From sequence record OK562670.1: a stretch of 32,000 nucleotides of DNA; one strand, written 5' to 3'. Position 1 is the first letter of the stretch; every line of letters starts with the position of its first letter. Of the stretch, positions 18,492-26,683 are shown piece by piece. The notes below the pieces were generated by a model. The model was given only the letters and a program-made list of their open reading frames with translations. It did not search any database and was not told the origin of the DNA. The position numbers were made by a program, and so were the translations under genes. This stretch comes from Stenotrophomonas phage vB_SM_ytsc_ply2008005c.

Positions 18492-20646
18492 GAAGGTCAC
18501 CGTCGGGTACAAGTACTACCTAGGCATGCACATGATCCTGTGCCACGGCCCGGTAGACAAGATCACCCGCATCGAGGTGGATGGCAAGACGGCCTGGAGC
18601 GGCAACGCGACGGGTGGGGCCATCTCGGTCAACGCCCCGGACCTATTCGGTGGGGAGTCCCGCGAGGGCGGCGTGTCCGGCCGTGTGGACATCGACATGG
18701 GCGGGCCGCTCCAAGGGCGCAATGCCTACCTGCAGGGCCGGCTGGGGGCGGACATCCCGGCTTACCGCGGGGTACTAGGGGCAGTCCTCAATCAGGTCTA
18801 CGTAGGGCTGAACCCATACCTGAAGCGGTGGGCCTTCTGGGCCAGCCGCATCCATGTGCGCCAGGATGGTATCGCCCAGTGGTATGACGCCAAGGCCGAG
18901 ATCAATGGAGACATGAACCCGGCCCATATCCTTCGGGAGTGCCTGACAGACCCTGACTGGGGCATGGGCTACCCCGAAGCAGACATCGACGACGCCTCCT
19001 TCACGGCGGCGGCGGACCAGATGTACAACGAGGGGATGGGTATGTCCCTGCTTTGGGACCGCTCTGTCACCCTCGAGGAGTTTATCCAGGTCGTCCTCAA
19101 GCACATCGACGGGTCCATCTACGTGGATCGGTCCACCGGCAAGTTCGTCTTGAAGCTGGCCCGCGGCGGCTATGACATCAACAGCCTGCTGGTCCTCGAC
19201 GAGAGCTCGGTGGACCGGATTACCGACTTCAAGCGCAACACCATCGGGGAGCTGGTCAACTCGGTGACGGTGGTCTATTGGGACGCCAGCACCGGTAAGA
19301 ACGGCTCCGTCACCGTTCAGGACATCGCCCTCGCCGCCCAGCAGCAGGCTACCATCGGGACGACCAAGCAGTTCCCGGGATTCACCAACGGCACCATCGC
19401 GACGCAGGTGGCAGCCCGCTCCCTGAAGGCCCTGTCGGTCCCATTGGCCAGCGGAACCATCTACGCGAATCGGAAGGCTGCCTCCCTCAACGTCGGGGAC
19501 GTGTTTGTCCTGACCTGGCCGCGCTACGGCATCTCTCAACTGGTGATGCGGGTTGCCAACGTGGAGATGGGGGCGCTTGGAAGCAACGTCGTCAAGATCC
19601 AAGCGGTAGAGGATGTCTTCGCCCTGTCCAGCGCGATCTACGCCCCGCCCCCTCCGAGTGGTTGGAGTGACCCAAACAACCCTCCGGCCCCATGCCCTTA
19701 TCACTGTGTCATCGAGGCCCCCTTCTGGGAGCTGGTCCAGCGGATGGGGGAGACGGACGCCAGAAGCCTTCCGGCCACCGCGGGCTTCGTGGTGGCCACA
19801 GGTGTTCGCCCGTCCAGCGACGCCAGCAACGCGAAGCTCTACACCGATGTCACCGGCGTCTGGGAGGAAGCTGGTACCGTGGACTTCTGCCCGACGGCCA
19901 TCCTGACCGCCGCGGTGTCCCCCAACACCACCACCTTCCCGATCGGGACCGGGGTGGACCTGGACGTGGTCCAGGTGGGGACCTACGCCCTAATCGACAG
20001 CGAGCTGGTGCGCATCGACGCCGTATCGGACACCTCCCTGACGGTGGGGCGCGGGGTCCTGGATACGGTCGCCAAACCCCACGCTGTCGGGGCGCGCCTG
20101 TTCTTCGCCGACGCCTTCTTCGAGTCGGATGCCGTTGAATACGCCACCGGGGAGAATGCTGACATCCGGCTCCTGCCATCCACCGGGCTAGGCACCTTGG
20201 CCTTGGCCTCGGCCCCGACCCAATCGGTCAGCATGGTGGCCCGCCAGCACAAGCCCTACCCTCCCGGGCAGCTCAGGATCAACAGCCAAGCCTATCCGGA
20301 CGCCGTGCGCGGGGACCAGAACATCACGGTCGGCTGGACCCATCGGGACCGCCTGCAGCAGACCGCCACCCTCGTGGACGAGACGGCGGGGAACATTGGC
20401 CCCGAGGCCGGGACCACCTACACCTGTCGCCTGCTGACGGCCGGTGGTTCGGTGCTGGTGACCCATTCCGGGCTGACCGGAACAGGGGACGTCTTCACGC
20501 TGGCGGAGATGGGGGCGAACTATGGGCGGCTGCGCATCCAGCTGTGGTCAGTCAGGGACGGCGTGCAGAGCCTGCAGATGCATGATTGGGAATTTACTCG
20601 TTCCGGCTATGGTGCCGGGTATGGCTACGCTTACGGAGGTGTGTGA
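18475..20646 (+). CDS. Tail tip attachment / host specificity protein (gpJ-like central fiber)
   Basis: 723 aa, GTG start. 'GYKYYLGMHMILCHGPVDKITRIEVDGKTAWSGN' and 'TDPDWGMGYPEADIDDASFTAAADQMYNEGMGMSLLWD' are typical. Confidence 0.87.
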   Translation: MGGSSKKVTVGYKYYLGMHMILCHGPVDKITRIEVDGKTAWSGNATGGAISVNAPDLFGGESREGGVSGRVDIDMGGPLQGRNAYLQGRLGADIPAYRGVLGAVLNQVYVGLNPYLKRWAFWASRIHVRQDGIAQWYDAKAEINGDMNPAHILRECLTDPDWGMGYPEADIDDASFTAAADQMYNEGMGMSLLWDRSVTLEEFIQVVLKHIDGSIYVDRSTGKFVLKLARGGYDINSLLVLDESSVDRITDFKRNTIGELVNSVTVVYWDASTGKNGSVTVQDIALAAQQQATIGTTKQFPGFTNGTIATQVAARSLKALSVPLASGTIYANRKAASLNVGDVFVLTWPRYGISQLVMRVANVEMGALGSNVVKIQAVEDVFALSSAIYAPPPPSGWSDPNNPPAPCPYHCVIEAPFWELVQRMGETDARSLPATAGFVVATGVRPSSDASNAKLYTDVTGVWEEAGTVDFCPTAILTAAVSPNTTTFPIGTGVDLDVVQVGTYALIDSELVRIDAVSDTSLTVGRGVLDTVAKPHAVGARLFFADAFFESDAVEYATGENADIRLLPSTGLGTLALASAPTQSVSMVARQHKPYPPGQLRINSQAYPDAVRGDQNITVGWTHRDRLQQTATLVDETAGNIGPEAGTTYTCRLLTAGGSVLVTHSGLTGTGDVFTLAEMGANYGRLRIQLWSVRDGVQSLQMHDWEFTRSGYGAGYGYAYGGV

Positions 20647-21002
20647 TGCCTGCTTCAACTGAACCGCGCTCGGGTCTTAGCTTCGGCTGGAACCTCGGGG
20701 AGAATAACTGGAACACCGGCATGGACGCCAACCTGCTGTCCATCGGCCGGTTCGCCTACCACCTGTCGGTCAAGGACCGGAACCTGGCCGCCCCTCCGGG
20801 GAGCCCGGCAGCCGGGGACACCTACATCGTGGCTACTGCCCCGACGGGGGCTTGGGCTGGGCAAGCCGGCAAGGTCGCGGTCTGGTCTGGTACCGCATGG
20901 GTCTTCGGCACCCCACGCGTCGGCTGGGTGGCCTACATCGAAGACGAGGAGGTGCTGTCCGCCTACAAGGCGACCGGCTGGTCAGTTGGGGTCGCGATCT
21001 AG
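20646..21002 (+). CDS. DUF2793-like small tail protein
   Basis: TGATG overlap with the upstream gene gives start 20646, not the track's 20586. 'NLAAPPGSPAAGDTYIVATAPTGAWAGQAGKVAVWSGTAWVFGTPRVGWVAYIEDEE' is DUF2793-like. Confidence 0.75.
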   Translation: MPASTEPRSGLSFGWNLGENNWNTGMDANLLSIGRFAYHLSVKDRNLAAPPGSPAAGDTYIVATAPTGAWAGQAGKVAVWSGTAWVFGTPRVGWVAYIEDEEVLSAYKATGWSVGVAI

Positions 21003-21030
21003 ATCCGAACCCATCCCGAAGGCGATGCAC

Positions 21031-21276
21031 TTACCGAGTAGCATCGCCAACGGGATTGAAACCAGCAGGTACAGCAGGATACCCAAGAGCCACGCATTCA
21101 TCTTTGTACACTCCGTCGTAGTCGGGCCAATGGCCATTGGCCACCATCTTACAATAGTGTTGCTGGCCGAGCAAGGCGTCCTCGTAGTCCATGGACCCGA
21201 CCCAGCCCATAGCGGCCAGGATTAGGAGCAGGTACCAGAAGGTCGGGCGGCGAAGTACGTCTTTGATCAGTTCCAT
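21031..21276 (-). CDS. Small putative membrane protein, unknown
   Basis: 81 aa, SD GGAGAG, hydrophobic segment 'PTFWYLLLILAAMGWVG'. Confidence 0.65.
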   Translation of the reverse strand: MELIKDVLRRPTFWYLLLILAAMGWVGSMDYEDALLGQQHYCKMVANGHWPDYDGVYKDECVALGYPAVPAGFNPVGDATR

Positions 21277-21288
21277 GATGCTCTCCTT

Positions 21289-21411
21289 TTATAGTTTGGC
21301 GTAGAGGGCTTTGAGCTCCGCCATTACAGCGGCCTTCTCCCGGAGGGGAGCTTTCGCGGTCATGGCGCTGTATTTGGCTTCCAGGATGGCGATGCGCTTT
21401 TGAATGGTCAT
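21289..21411 (-). CDS. 40-aa predicted helical protein (below the track's size cut-off)
   Basis: Reads MTIQKRIAILEAKYSAMTAKAPLREKAAVMAELKALYAKL*. SD-like GAGGAGAG upstream, and a promoter-like element 29 nt upstream. Confidence 0.5.
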   Translation of the reverse strand: MTIQKRIAILEAKYSAMTAKAPLREKAAVMAELKALYAKL

Positions 21412-21439
21412 GTGCTGCTCTCCTCTCTTGTATGATTAG

Positions 21440-21468
21440 ATTATACGGGAGGTCGTCCAGGAGAGCAA
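21440..21468 (-). promoter_or_regulatory. Sigma70-like promoter upstream of the 40-aa and 81-aa genes
   Basis: On the - strand: TTGCTC (21468-21463), 17 nt, TATAAT (21445-21440). Confidence 0.6.
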
Positions 21469-21475
21469 CTCTTTT

Positions 21476-23488
21476 CTACTCCTTGATTGGCTCGACGTGA
21501 CCCCAATCAGGCCCGATGTCCCCGTCCGCCCGGACCGGGATGCGGAGGGGGAGGGCCGTCTCCATGATGTGCTTCATTTCCCGGAAGGCCTCATCCTTCC
21601 CACCTGGATCACTGAAGTCCAGCTCGTCGTGGACGGTCAGGCGAGGGATGCCGGTCTCGTCGAAGACCCCATCGCGGTAGCACTTGAGCATGGCGACCTT
21701 CATCAGATCCGCCGCAGAGCCCTGCAGGCGCCGGTTCAGGGCCTTGTGGGTGTAAGCCCGGCGGATGGACCCGTACCGGAGGATGGCCTGCTCGTAGGGT
21801 AGGGCAATGGTGTCCTCGCCCCACTTTGAGGGCTCCCACAGGTCGAAGCGGCTACGGCGCCCGAGGATTGTGGTTATAATCCCCGACTGCTGGGCCTCCT
21901 CCGCGCAGGCATCCATGGTGGCCTTTGCAAACGGGACGCCCTTGTGGTAGGCCGCGAACAGCGCCTTGCCTTCGGCCTTGGTCAGCCCGAGGTCCCCTGC
22001 CAGCTTGTCCACCCCCATGCCGTAGATCAGGCCGAAGTTGATGTTCTTGATCGGCCGGCGCCAATGCTTCCGGAGATCCTTAGTGGAGATGTCCCATCCG
22101 GCCTGCGGGGCCACTAGATCAAGGGCCATCTCGTGGTAGTCGGTGTCCGGATGGGCGTTGAAGTGAGCCCTCACGTCGTCGCTACCTGGCCCGCAAGCAT
22201 AGTGGATCAGGAAGCGGTATTCGATCTGGCTGTAGTCGTACTTCCGCCAAGCAGCATGGCCCTCGTCCGGAATGAAGAGCCCCCGGATCAAAGGGGCCAG
22301 CTCGTCGTCCCGGCTCGGGATGTTCTGCAGGTTGGGGGTGCTGGAGCTAAAGCGCCCAGACCGGGTGCCGGTGCTATCCCCGCGGAGCGGGTGGAACTGC
22401 CCATAGACCATCCCGTCGATATGGGAGTTCAGGATGTAGGATTCAATGAAGGTCCCCCGCAGCTTGTCGCACTTCCGGATCTCCCGGATGCAGTCCGCCA
22501 GCGGGTGCTTGAGCCCCTCGAGGAACCCCTTCGTGAAGCTTGGTTTCCCCTTGGCCGTCCGGCCGTATCTAAGGCCGATGGTATCGAAGGCCCGGGCCAG
22601 GCTGTCAGCGGAGTTGATGTCGACATCGAAGCCGGCCAGGTGCCGGAGCTTCTTGTGCTCCTCCTTCGCCCGCTCGGCCAGGACCTCCCGGAGCTCCTCC
22701 GCCCGGGCCACGTTGACGCGGACCCCAGCGAAGCGCATATCGATCAGCATCGGGATGAGGGCGCACTCCATCTGGAACAGGTGGAAGAGCCCCTCCCGAA
22801 CCAGGAGCGGGTATACGGCGCTGGCCACACGCAGCGGCAGGTCGGCGTCGCTCTCCGCGTAGGGGCCAACCAGCCGGGGCGGGGTGCGGTAGATGTTCGC
22901 ACGCTGCGTCCCGTTTGCCTTGCCCCCGTAGTACTTGGCGCACCAGTCGTAGAGGATGTTCGATTCCTTGCCTTCCCCGAGGTACTTCTGACCGAGGGTC
23001 TCCAGGTTCACGTCGGCCCTCTCGTCCAGCAGGGCCTCGGCGAATTGCACGTCAACCAGCTCGCCACGGACGGTAACCCCCTCGTGGCGGAGCCAGCCAA
23101 TGTCATATAGGAGGTTGGCCCCGACCTTGGGCTGGCGGGGGTTGCCGAGGGTGTGGCGGAGCCATTGGAGGACCACTTCTGGGTCCCAGTTGTCCTGCGG
23201 TTCCACCTCGTGGCGGATGGGGAAATACCACCGGCCCCCTCCATCGGCCCCGATGGAGACCCCGACGATATGGCCCTTGCCACGAGCCCAGCCGGGGCCG
23301 TGGGTCAGGAGGTCCGGGTCATAGGTTTCGCAGTCAATCGAGATACAGGCCGCCCCGGAGAGGTCTGGCAGGTAGGTCGGTGGGCGCCAGCCAGTATCCG
23401 GGATGGGCGGCATGATGCGGACGGTCTCCCGCTTGCCTGACTTGACCGGGACATCCTCCCAGAACATACCGATGGCATCAAACCTCAT
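21476..23488 (-). CDS. Family A DNA polymerase with 3'-5' exonuclease domain
   Basis: Exo motif 'ISIDCETYD', pol motifs 'DYSQIEYRFL', 'RRPIKNINFGLIYGMG', 'VHDELDFS'. Start 23488 is supported by an ATGA overlap with the upstream clamp gene; the track start 23539 lies inside that gene. Confidence 0.95.
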   Translation of the reverse strand: MRFDAIGMFWEDVPVKSGKRETVRIMPPIPDTGWRPPTYLPDLSGAACISIDCETYDPDLLTHGPGWARGKGHIVGVSIGADGGGRWYFPIRHEVEPQDNWDPEVVLQWLRHTLGNPRQPKVGANLLYDIGWLRHEGVTVRGELVDVQFAEALLDERADVNLETLGQKYLGEGKESNILYDWCAKYYGGKANGTQRANIYRTPPRLVGPYAESDADLPLRVASAVYPLLVREGLFHLFQMECALIPMLIDMRFAGVRVNVARAEELREVLAERAKEEHKKLRHLAGFDVDINSADSLARAFDTIGLRYGRTAKGKPSFTKGFLEGLKHPLADCIREIRKCDKLRGTFIESYILNSHIDGMVYGQFHPLRGDSTGTRSGRFSSSTPNLQNIPSRDDELAPLIRGLFIPDEGHAAWRKYDYSQIEYRFLIHYACGPGSDDVRAHFNAHPDTDYHEMALDLVAPQAGWDISTKDLRKHWRRPIKNINFGLIYGMGVDKLAGDLGLTKAEGKALFAAYHKGVPFAKATMDACAEEAQQSGIITTILGRRSRFDLWEPSKWGEDTIALPYEQAILRYGSIRRAYTHKALNRRLQGSAADLMKVAMLKCYRDGVFDETGIPRLTVHDELDFSDPGGKDEAFREMKHIMETALPLRIPVRADGDIGPDWGHVEPIKE

Positions 23489-24435
23489 CCCCGCATCCCC
23501 ACGATCGCGCCGCGGATACGGTCCCCGTAGAACAGGCATGGGGCCGGGTACTGGCTCAGGTCGATGGTCTCCGCTATGGCCTCGAGGAGCTGGAGCTGCT
23601 TGATATGGTAGATGCCCTGCTCGGGGAGGCCCGCCAGGTCAACCGAGGCGCCGAGCCCGTCAGCAGGGGTTGTGGCCATACGGGTGTTGAGGAAGAAGGC
23701 CCGCTCCAGGTCGTCCGCGAATGGGAGCAGGTCCCCGAGCGCCTCAAAGAAGCCCTCCGGGAATGGCTGCTGGGTGGAGTCCCGGTCCAGAACCTTGGCC
23801 ATGTCCGGCCACTGGGTCGAATAGGTCTGGGTGCGGAGCCAGCGCCCCGAGGCGTAGTGGAAGGTCACGCTGTTCTCGCAGACCTGGACCTTGGTGGGCT
23901 CTTCTCCGATTCGGATAAGCTCCTGCACCGCTGGCTTCGGGATGTTGACCTCGACAGGGAAGTTGTAGCCGAGCCAGTACTCCACCAGCGTCACGTTGTT
24001 TGTTGCGAAGGCTGAAGGGCCGCGAAACATGATGCCCCGCGCCCACTGGCGGGAGGCGTCGTCTGCGATGAAGGGATTGAGCTTCTTCAGGGCCTTGAGC
24101 AAGGTCCCATCCAGCTCCAGGACCTCCCCCTCCGGTTGGACATCAGGGTAGGCCTCGTCGATGCAGTCCACAAAGGCCTTGAAGGAACCGCTCTTGATGG
24201 ACAGGCGCCCAGCCGGGGTCATGTTGAGCTGGACCGTATCCTTGCAGGTGGCGATGGCCTTGATAAAGGGGGCCGCCTTCGGGGTGACCTCGAGATCCAG
24301 GTCAATCGGGCTGCATAGGGCAAGGCTACCGTTGTAGCCCTTGATGAAGCCGCCCGAGATGTGGAAGTGGGTCAGCGCCTGGACAAAGTCCTTCTTGGCA
24401 ACTGCCCCCTGAACGAATTTAAGGGCGTCAAGCAT
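23485..24435 (-). CDS. DnaN-like DNA polymerase sliding clamp
   Basis: 316 aa between dpdA and pol. 'GYNGSLALCSPIDLDLEVTPKAAPFIKAI', 'QWARGIMFRGPSAFATNNVTLVEYWLG', and C-terminal 'GAIVGMRG' comparable to the beta-clamp ending YVVMPMRL. Confidence 0.75.
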   Translation of the reverse strand: MLDALKFVQGAVAKKDFVQALTHFHISGGFIKGYNGSLALCSPIDLDLEVTPKAAPFIKAIATCKDTVQLNMTPAGRLSIKSGSFKAFVDCIDEAYPDVQPEGEVLELDGTLLKALKKLNPFIADDASRQWARGIMFRGPSAFATNNVTLVEYWLGYNFPVEVNIPKPAVQELIRIGEEPTKVQVCENSVTFHYASGRWLRTQTYSTQWPDMAKVLDRDSTQQPFPEGFFEALGDLLPFADDLERAFFLNTRMATTPADGLGASVDLAGLPEQGIYHIKQLQLLEAIAETIDLSQYPAPCLFYGDRIRGAIVGMRG

Positions 24436-25355
24436 TAAAACAACTCCATCTGCTCGTTCTGGAAGGTGCCGGGCATGGTGTTGAGCAGGTTCTCATTGAT
24501 GTAGGTGAAGGCCCAGCAGTTGTAGGTCCACCTGCTGACGTACTCCACCTGGAGCCGCTCAATATCAAACCCCTGCTCCGTGATTCGTTTGACCAGCCCC
24601 TCCCGCTGGAGGTCTGGGATCGTATTCAGGTGCCGGTTGTGCTGCTTGGCCGACGGGCTGTTCGGGGATACCGGCATGGCCCCCAAACCTGGAACTAGTA
24701 TATTCCCGTTCGCCGCGATCTGCACCCACGAAGAGGAGTCAACGGAGAACCAAGGGTACCGCTCCATCAGGGACTGGGTCGTGAGACCGAAGCCGTGGAC
24801 CTTGAGGCGAGGGCGGCCGGACCCATCGGTCAGGTACTTGTCCCAGATGCGGTCCAGCCAATGGAATAGCTGCGGGGTGGAGATGGGTACCATACCACCC
24901 AGCGTGATGTAGTCGTAGTTCTCGATGTACCACTCCAGGTACCGCTCGTCCTCCCCGTAGTGGAAGCAGGGGAGGGGGCGGACCCCCATCTGCTCCATGG
25001 CCATCTGATTCTGCCAGGTCTTGAGGGGGTCGCCGATACCGTCGAGGACCGAGGCGCACAGCGCCCCGTCCACGTTTTCGATGATGTCCAGGTTGCGCTT
25101 GATGTAATCGCAGTACCCGCGGATATCCACATCGACGCCCTTGGTGAAGGCCGAGAACGCCCCGGAGTCCAGAAACACCTTGACCCCATCGGCCCGGATC
25201 TTGTCGACGTAGGCCTGCTTGTGGATATAGTGGTAGGACTCCAGGTAGTACCGGACCCCATCCCGGGCGGCCTTCTCGCGCTCCGTCAAGCGGGCGTAGA
25301 GCTGGCTCTCCTTGTGGAAGTTCGAGGTGTAGATACCCGCGAGATACAGCTTCAT
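24435..25355 (-). CDS. dpdA: DpdA-like DNA 7-deazaguanine transglycosylase (TGT superfamily)
   Basis: 306 aa from ATG 25355, TAATG overlap with the FolE stop. 'MKLYLAGIYTSNF', 'VKVFLDSGAFSAFTKGVDVDIRGYCDYIK', 'YDYITLGGMVPIS', 'VHGFGLTT'. Adjacent to the full preQ0 gene set. Confidence 0.87.
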   Translation of the reverse strand: MKLYLAGIYTSNFHKESQLYARLTEREKAARDGVRYYLESYHYIHKQAYVDKIRADGVKVFLDSGAFSAFTKGVDVDIRGYCDYIKRNLDIIENVDGALCASVLDGIGDPLKTWQNQMAMEQMGVRPLPCFHYGEDERYLEWYIENYDYITLGGMVPISTPQLFHWLDRIWDKYLTDGSGRPRLKVHGFGLTTQSLMERYPWFSVDSSSWVQIAANGNILVPGLGAMPVSPNSPSAKQHNRHLNTIPDLQREGLVKRITEQGFDIERLQVEYVSRWTYNCWAFTYINENLLNTMPGTFQNEQMELF

Positions 25356-26248
25356 TACTTGGCCAGCTCCATGAACTCGGCGCGGGCCTCCGGCTTGTCC
25401 TTCAGGACGCCGCGGAGCGCGCTGGTGATGGTGTGGTGCCCCTGCTGGCAGATGCCACGGGATTCCATGCACAGGTGGCGGGCGCGGACAATCACCCCGA
25501 CCCCCTTCGGCTGCAGGTGCTCCTCCAGCGCGTCGGCGATCTGGTTGGTGAGCCGCTCCTGGACCTGGAGGCGACGGGCGAACATGTCCGCCAAGCGGGA
25601 GAGCTTGGACAGCCCGACGATCTTGCCGTTCGGGATGTAGGCGATGGTCACCGTCCCGAAGATGTCGGCCAGGTGGTGCTCACACTTGGAGTAGATGGGG
25701 ATATCCTTGACGATCACCATCTCGTCGCACTTCTCGGCCCCGTCTTCGAACACCTTGAGGATGTCCGCGGCATTCTTGCCGTACCCGCTGCACCAGTGGC
25801 CCCACGCTTTGGCCACACGGCGAGGGGTCTCCAGCAGGCCGCCGCGTTCCGGGTCCTCGCCGACGAACTGGAGCAGGCGCTTGATGTTGTCCTCGATACC
25901 ACCCTCAGCGGTCTCTTCCCACGGGAAGACCACCCAGCAGTCGCTGAACTCCGAACCCTCCCGGGTCTTGTCGATCAGGGCGAAGAACGGCTTGCCGGGA
26001 TACTCGTCGCACCAGCGCTGCATGGTGTCGCCGGAATCGATGATGTCGTCGATAAACAGATCGGCTTCCGCGGGGTCGTCCACTAGCTGCAGGTTGCCAT
26101 GGTGGGCGATCACTGCAAGGGCCGCCGGAACCCCACCGCGGGGGATGGCGTAGGCCTTGGTGGCCTCCGGCAGCAGGGAGGCGATACTGTTGGAGGTGGC
26201 GAGGGCCAGGAGGGAGACCATCTTGTTGGTCAGGATGTGCTTCGACAT
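25355..26248 (-). CDS. folE: Fusion: N-terminal phosphoribosyltransferase-like domain + C-terminal GTP cyclohydrolase I (FolE)
   Basis: PRPP-loop motif 'ADLFIDDIIDSGDT' and 'AYAIPRGGVPAALAV' in the N-half. FolE motifs 'ETPRRVAKAW', 'SKCEHHLADIFGTVTIAYIPNGKIVGLSKLSRL', 'HLCMESRGICQQG' in the C-half. ATG 26248 has an upstream GGAG; the track start at 26263 is the alternative. Confidence 0.9.
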   Translation of the reverse strand: MSKHILTNKMVSLLALATSNSIASLLPEATKAYAIPRGGVPAALAVIAHHGNLQLVDDPAEADLFIDDIIDSGDTMQRWCDEYPGKPFFALIDKTREGSEFSDCWVVFPWEETAEGGIEDNIKRLLQFVGEDPERGGLLETPRRVAKAWGHWCSGYGKNAADILKVFEDGAEKCDEMVIVKDIPIYSKCEHHLADIFGTVTIAYIPNGKIVGLSKLSRLADMFARRLQVQERLTNQIADALEEHLQPKGVGVIVRARHLCMESRGICQQGHHTITSALRGVLKDKPEARAEFMELAK

Positions 26249-26252
26249 GCGT

Positions 26253-26681
26253 TCAGGCTCCATAAGATGCGAAGCACTTCATGGTCTCCTCGACCATGAC
26301 TTCGCTGAGTTTGATTCCGGTGCCGGCCAGCTGGGCCGGGCCGACGACTTCCACGAGGTGCTGAGCGATGTTCTCAGCCGTCGGGTTGAACGGGACGACC
26401 ACAACGGTCGGGTCCAGCTCCAGGAGGTAGGACTTCATCGGGTCTTCTTCCCAGATGAGGAAGTGGTGATCCCAGTGCTCCTCGATCCACATGCAGAGCT
26501 TGGCCTTGACCTGGCTGAAGTCAATGACCCGGCCGACCCCGTCCAGCGCCCCGTCCTCGGGGACGCAGGTGAAATGGACGCGGTAGTTGTGGCCATGCAG
26601 GTGGCGGCACTTGCCCTCGTGTCCGTGGACGCGGTGCCCGCAGGAGATGTCATGGTAACGGTGAACCTTGTAGCCGGCCAT
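26253..26681 (-). CDS. queD: QueD / 6-carboxytetrahydropterin synthase
   Basis: 'HDISCGHRVHGHEGKCRHLHGHNYRV' metal/catalytic motif. Start ATG 26681 with SD GGAGG; the track start 26924 is an upstream extension. Confidence 0.93.
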   Translation of the reverse strand: MAGYKVHRYHDISCGHRVHGHEGKCRHLHGHNYRVHFTCVPEDGALDGVGRVIDFSQVKAKLCMWIEEHWDHHFLIWEEDPMKSYLLELDPTVVVVPFNPTAENIAQHLVEVVGPAQLAGTGIKLSEVMVEETMKCFASYGA

Positions 26682-26683
26682 GA

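Noticed and set aside
21003-21030. Expected bidirectional terminator at the convergent junction
   Set aside because: The 28-nt gap has no convincing hairpin plus U-tract on either strand.
22133-23110. + strand ORF (325 aa) opposite DNA polymerase
   Set aside because: Antisense to clear pol A motifs; Val/Leu-rich shadow translation.
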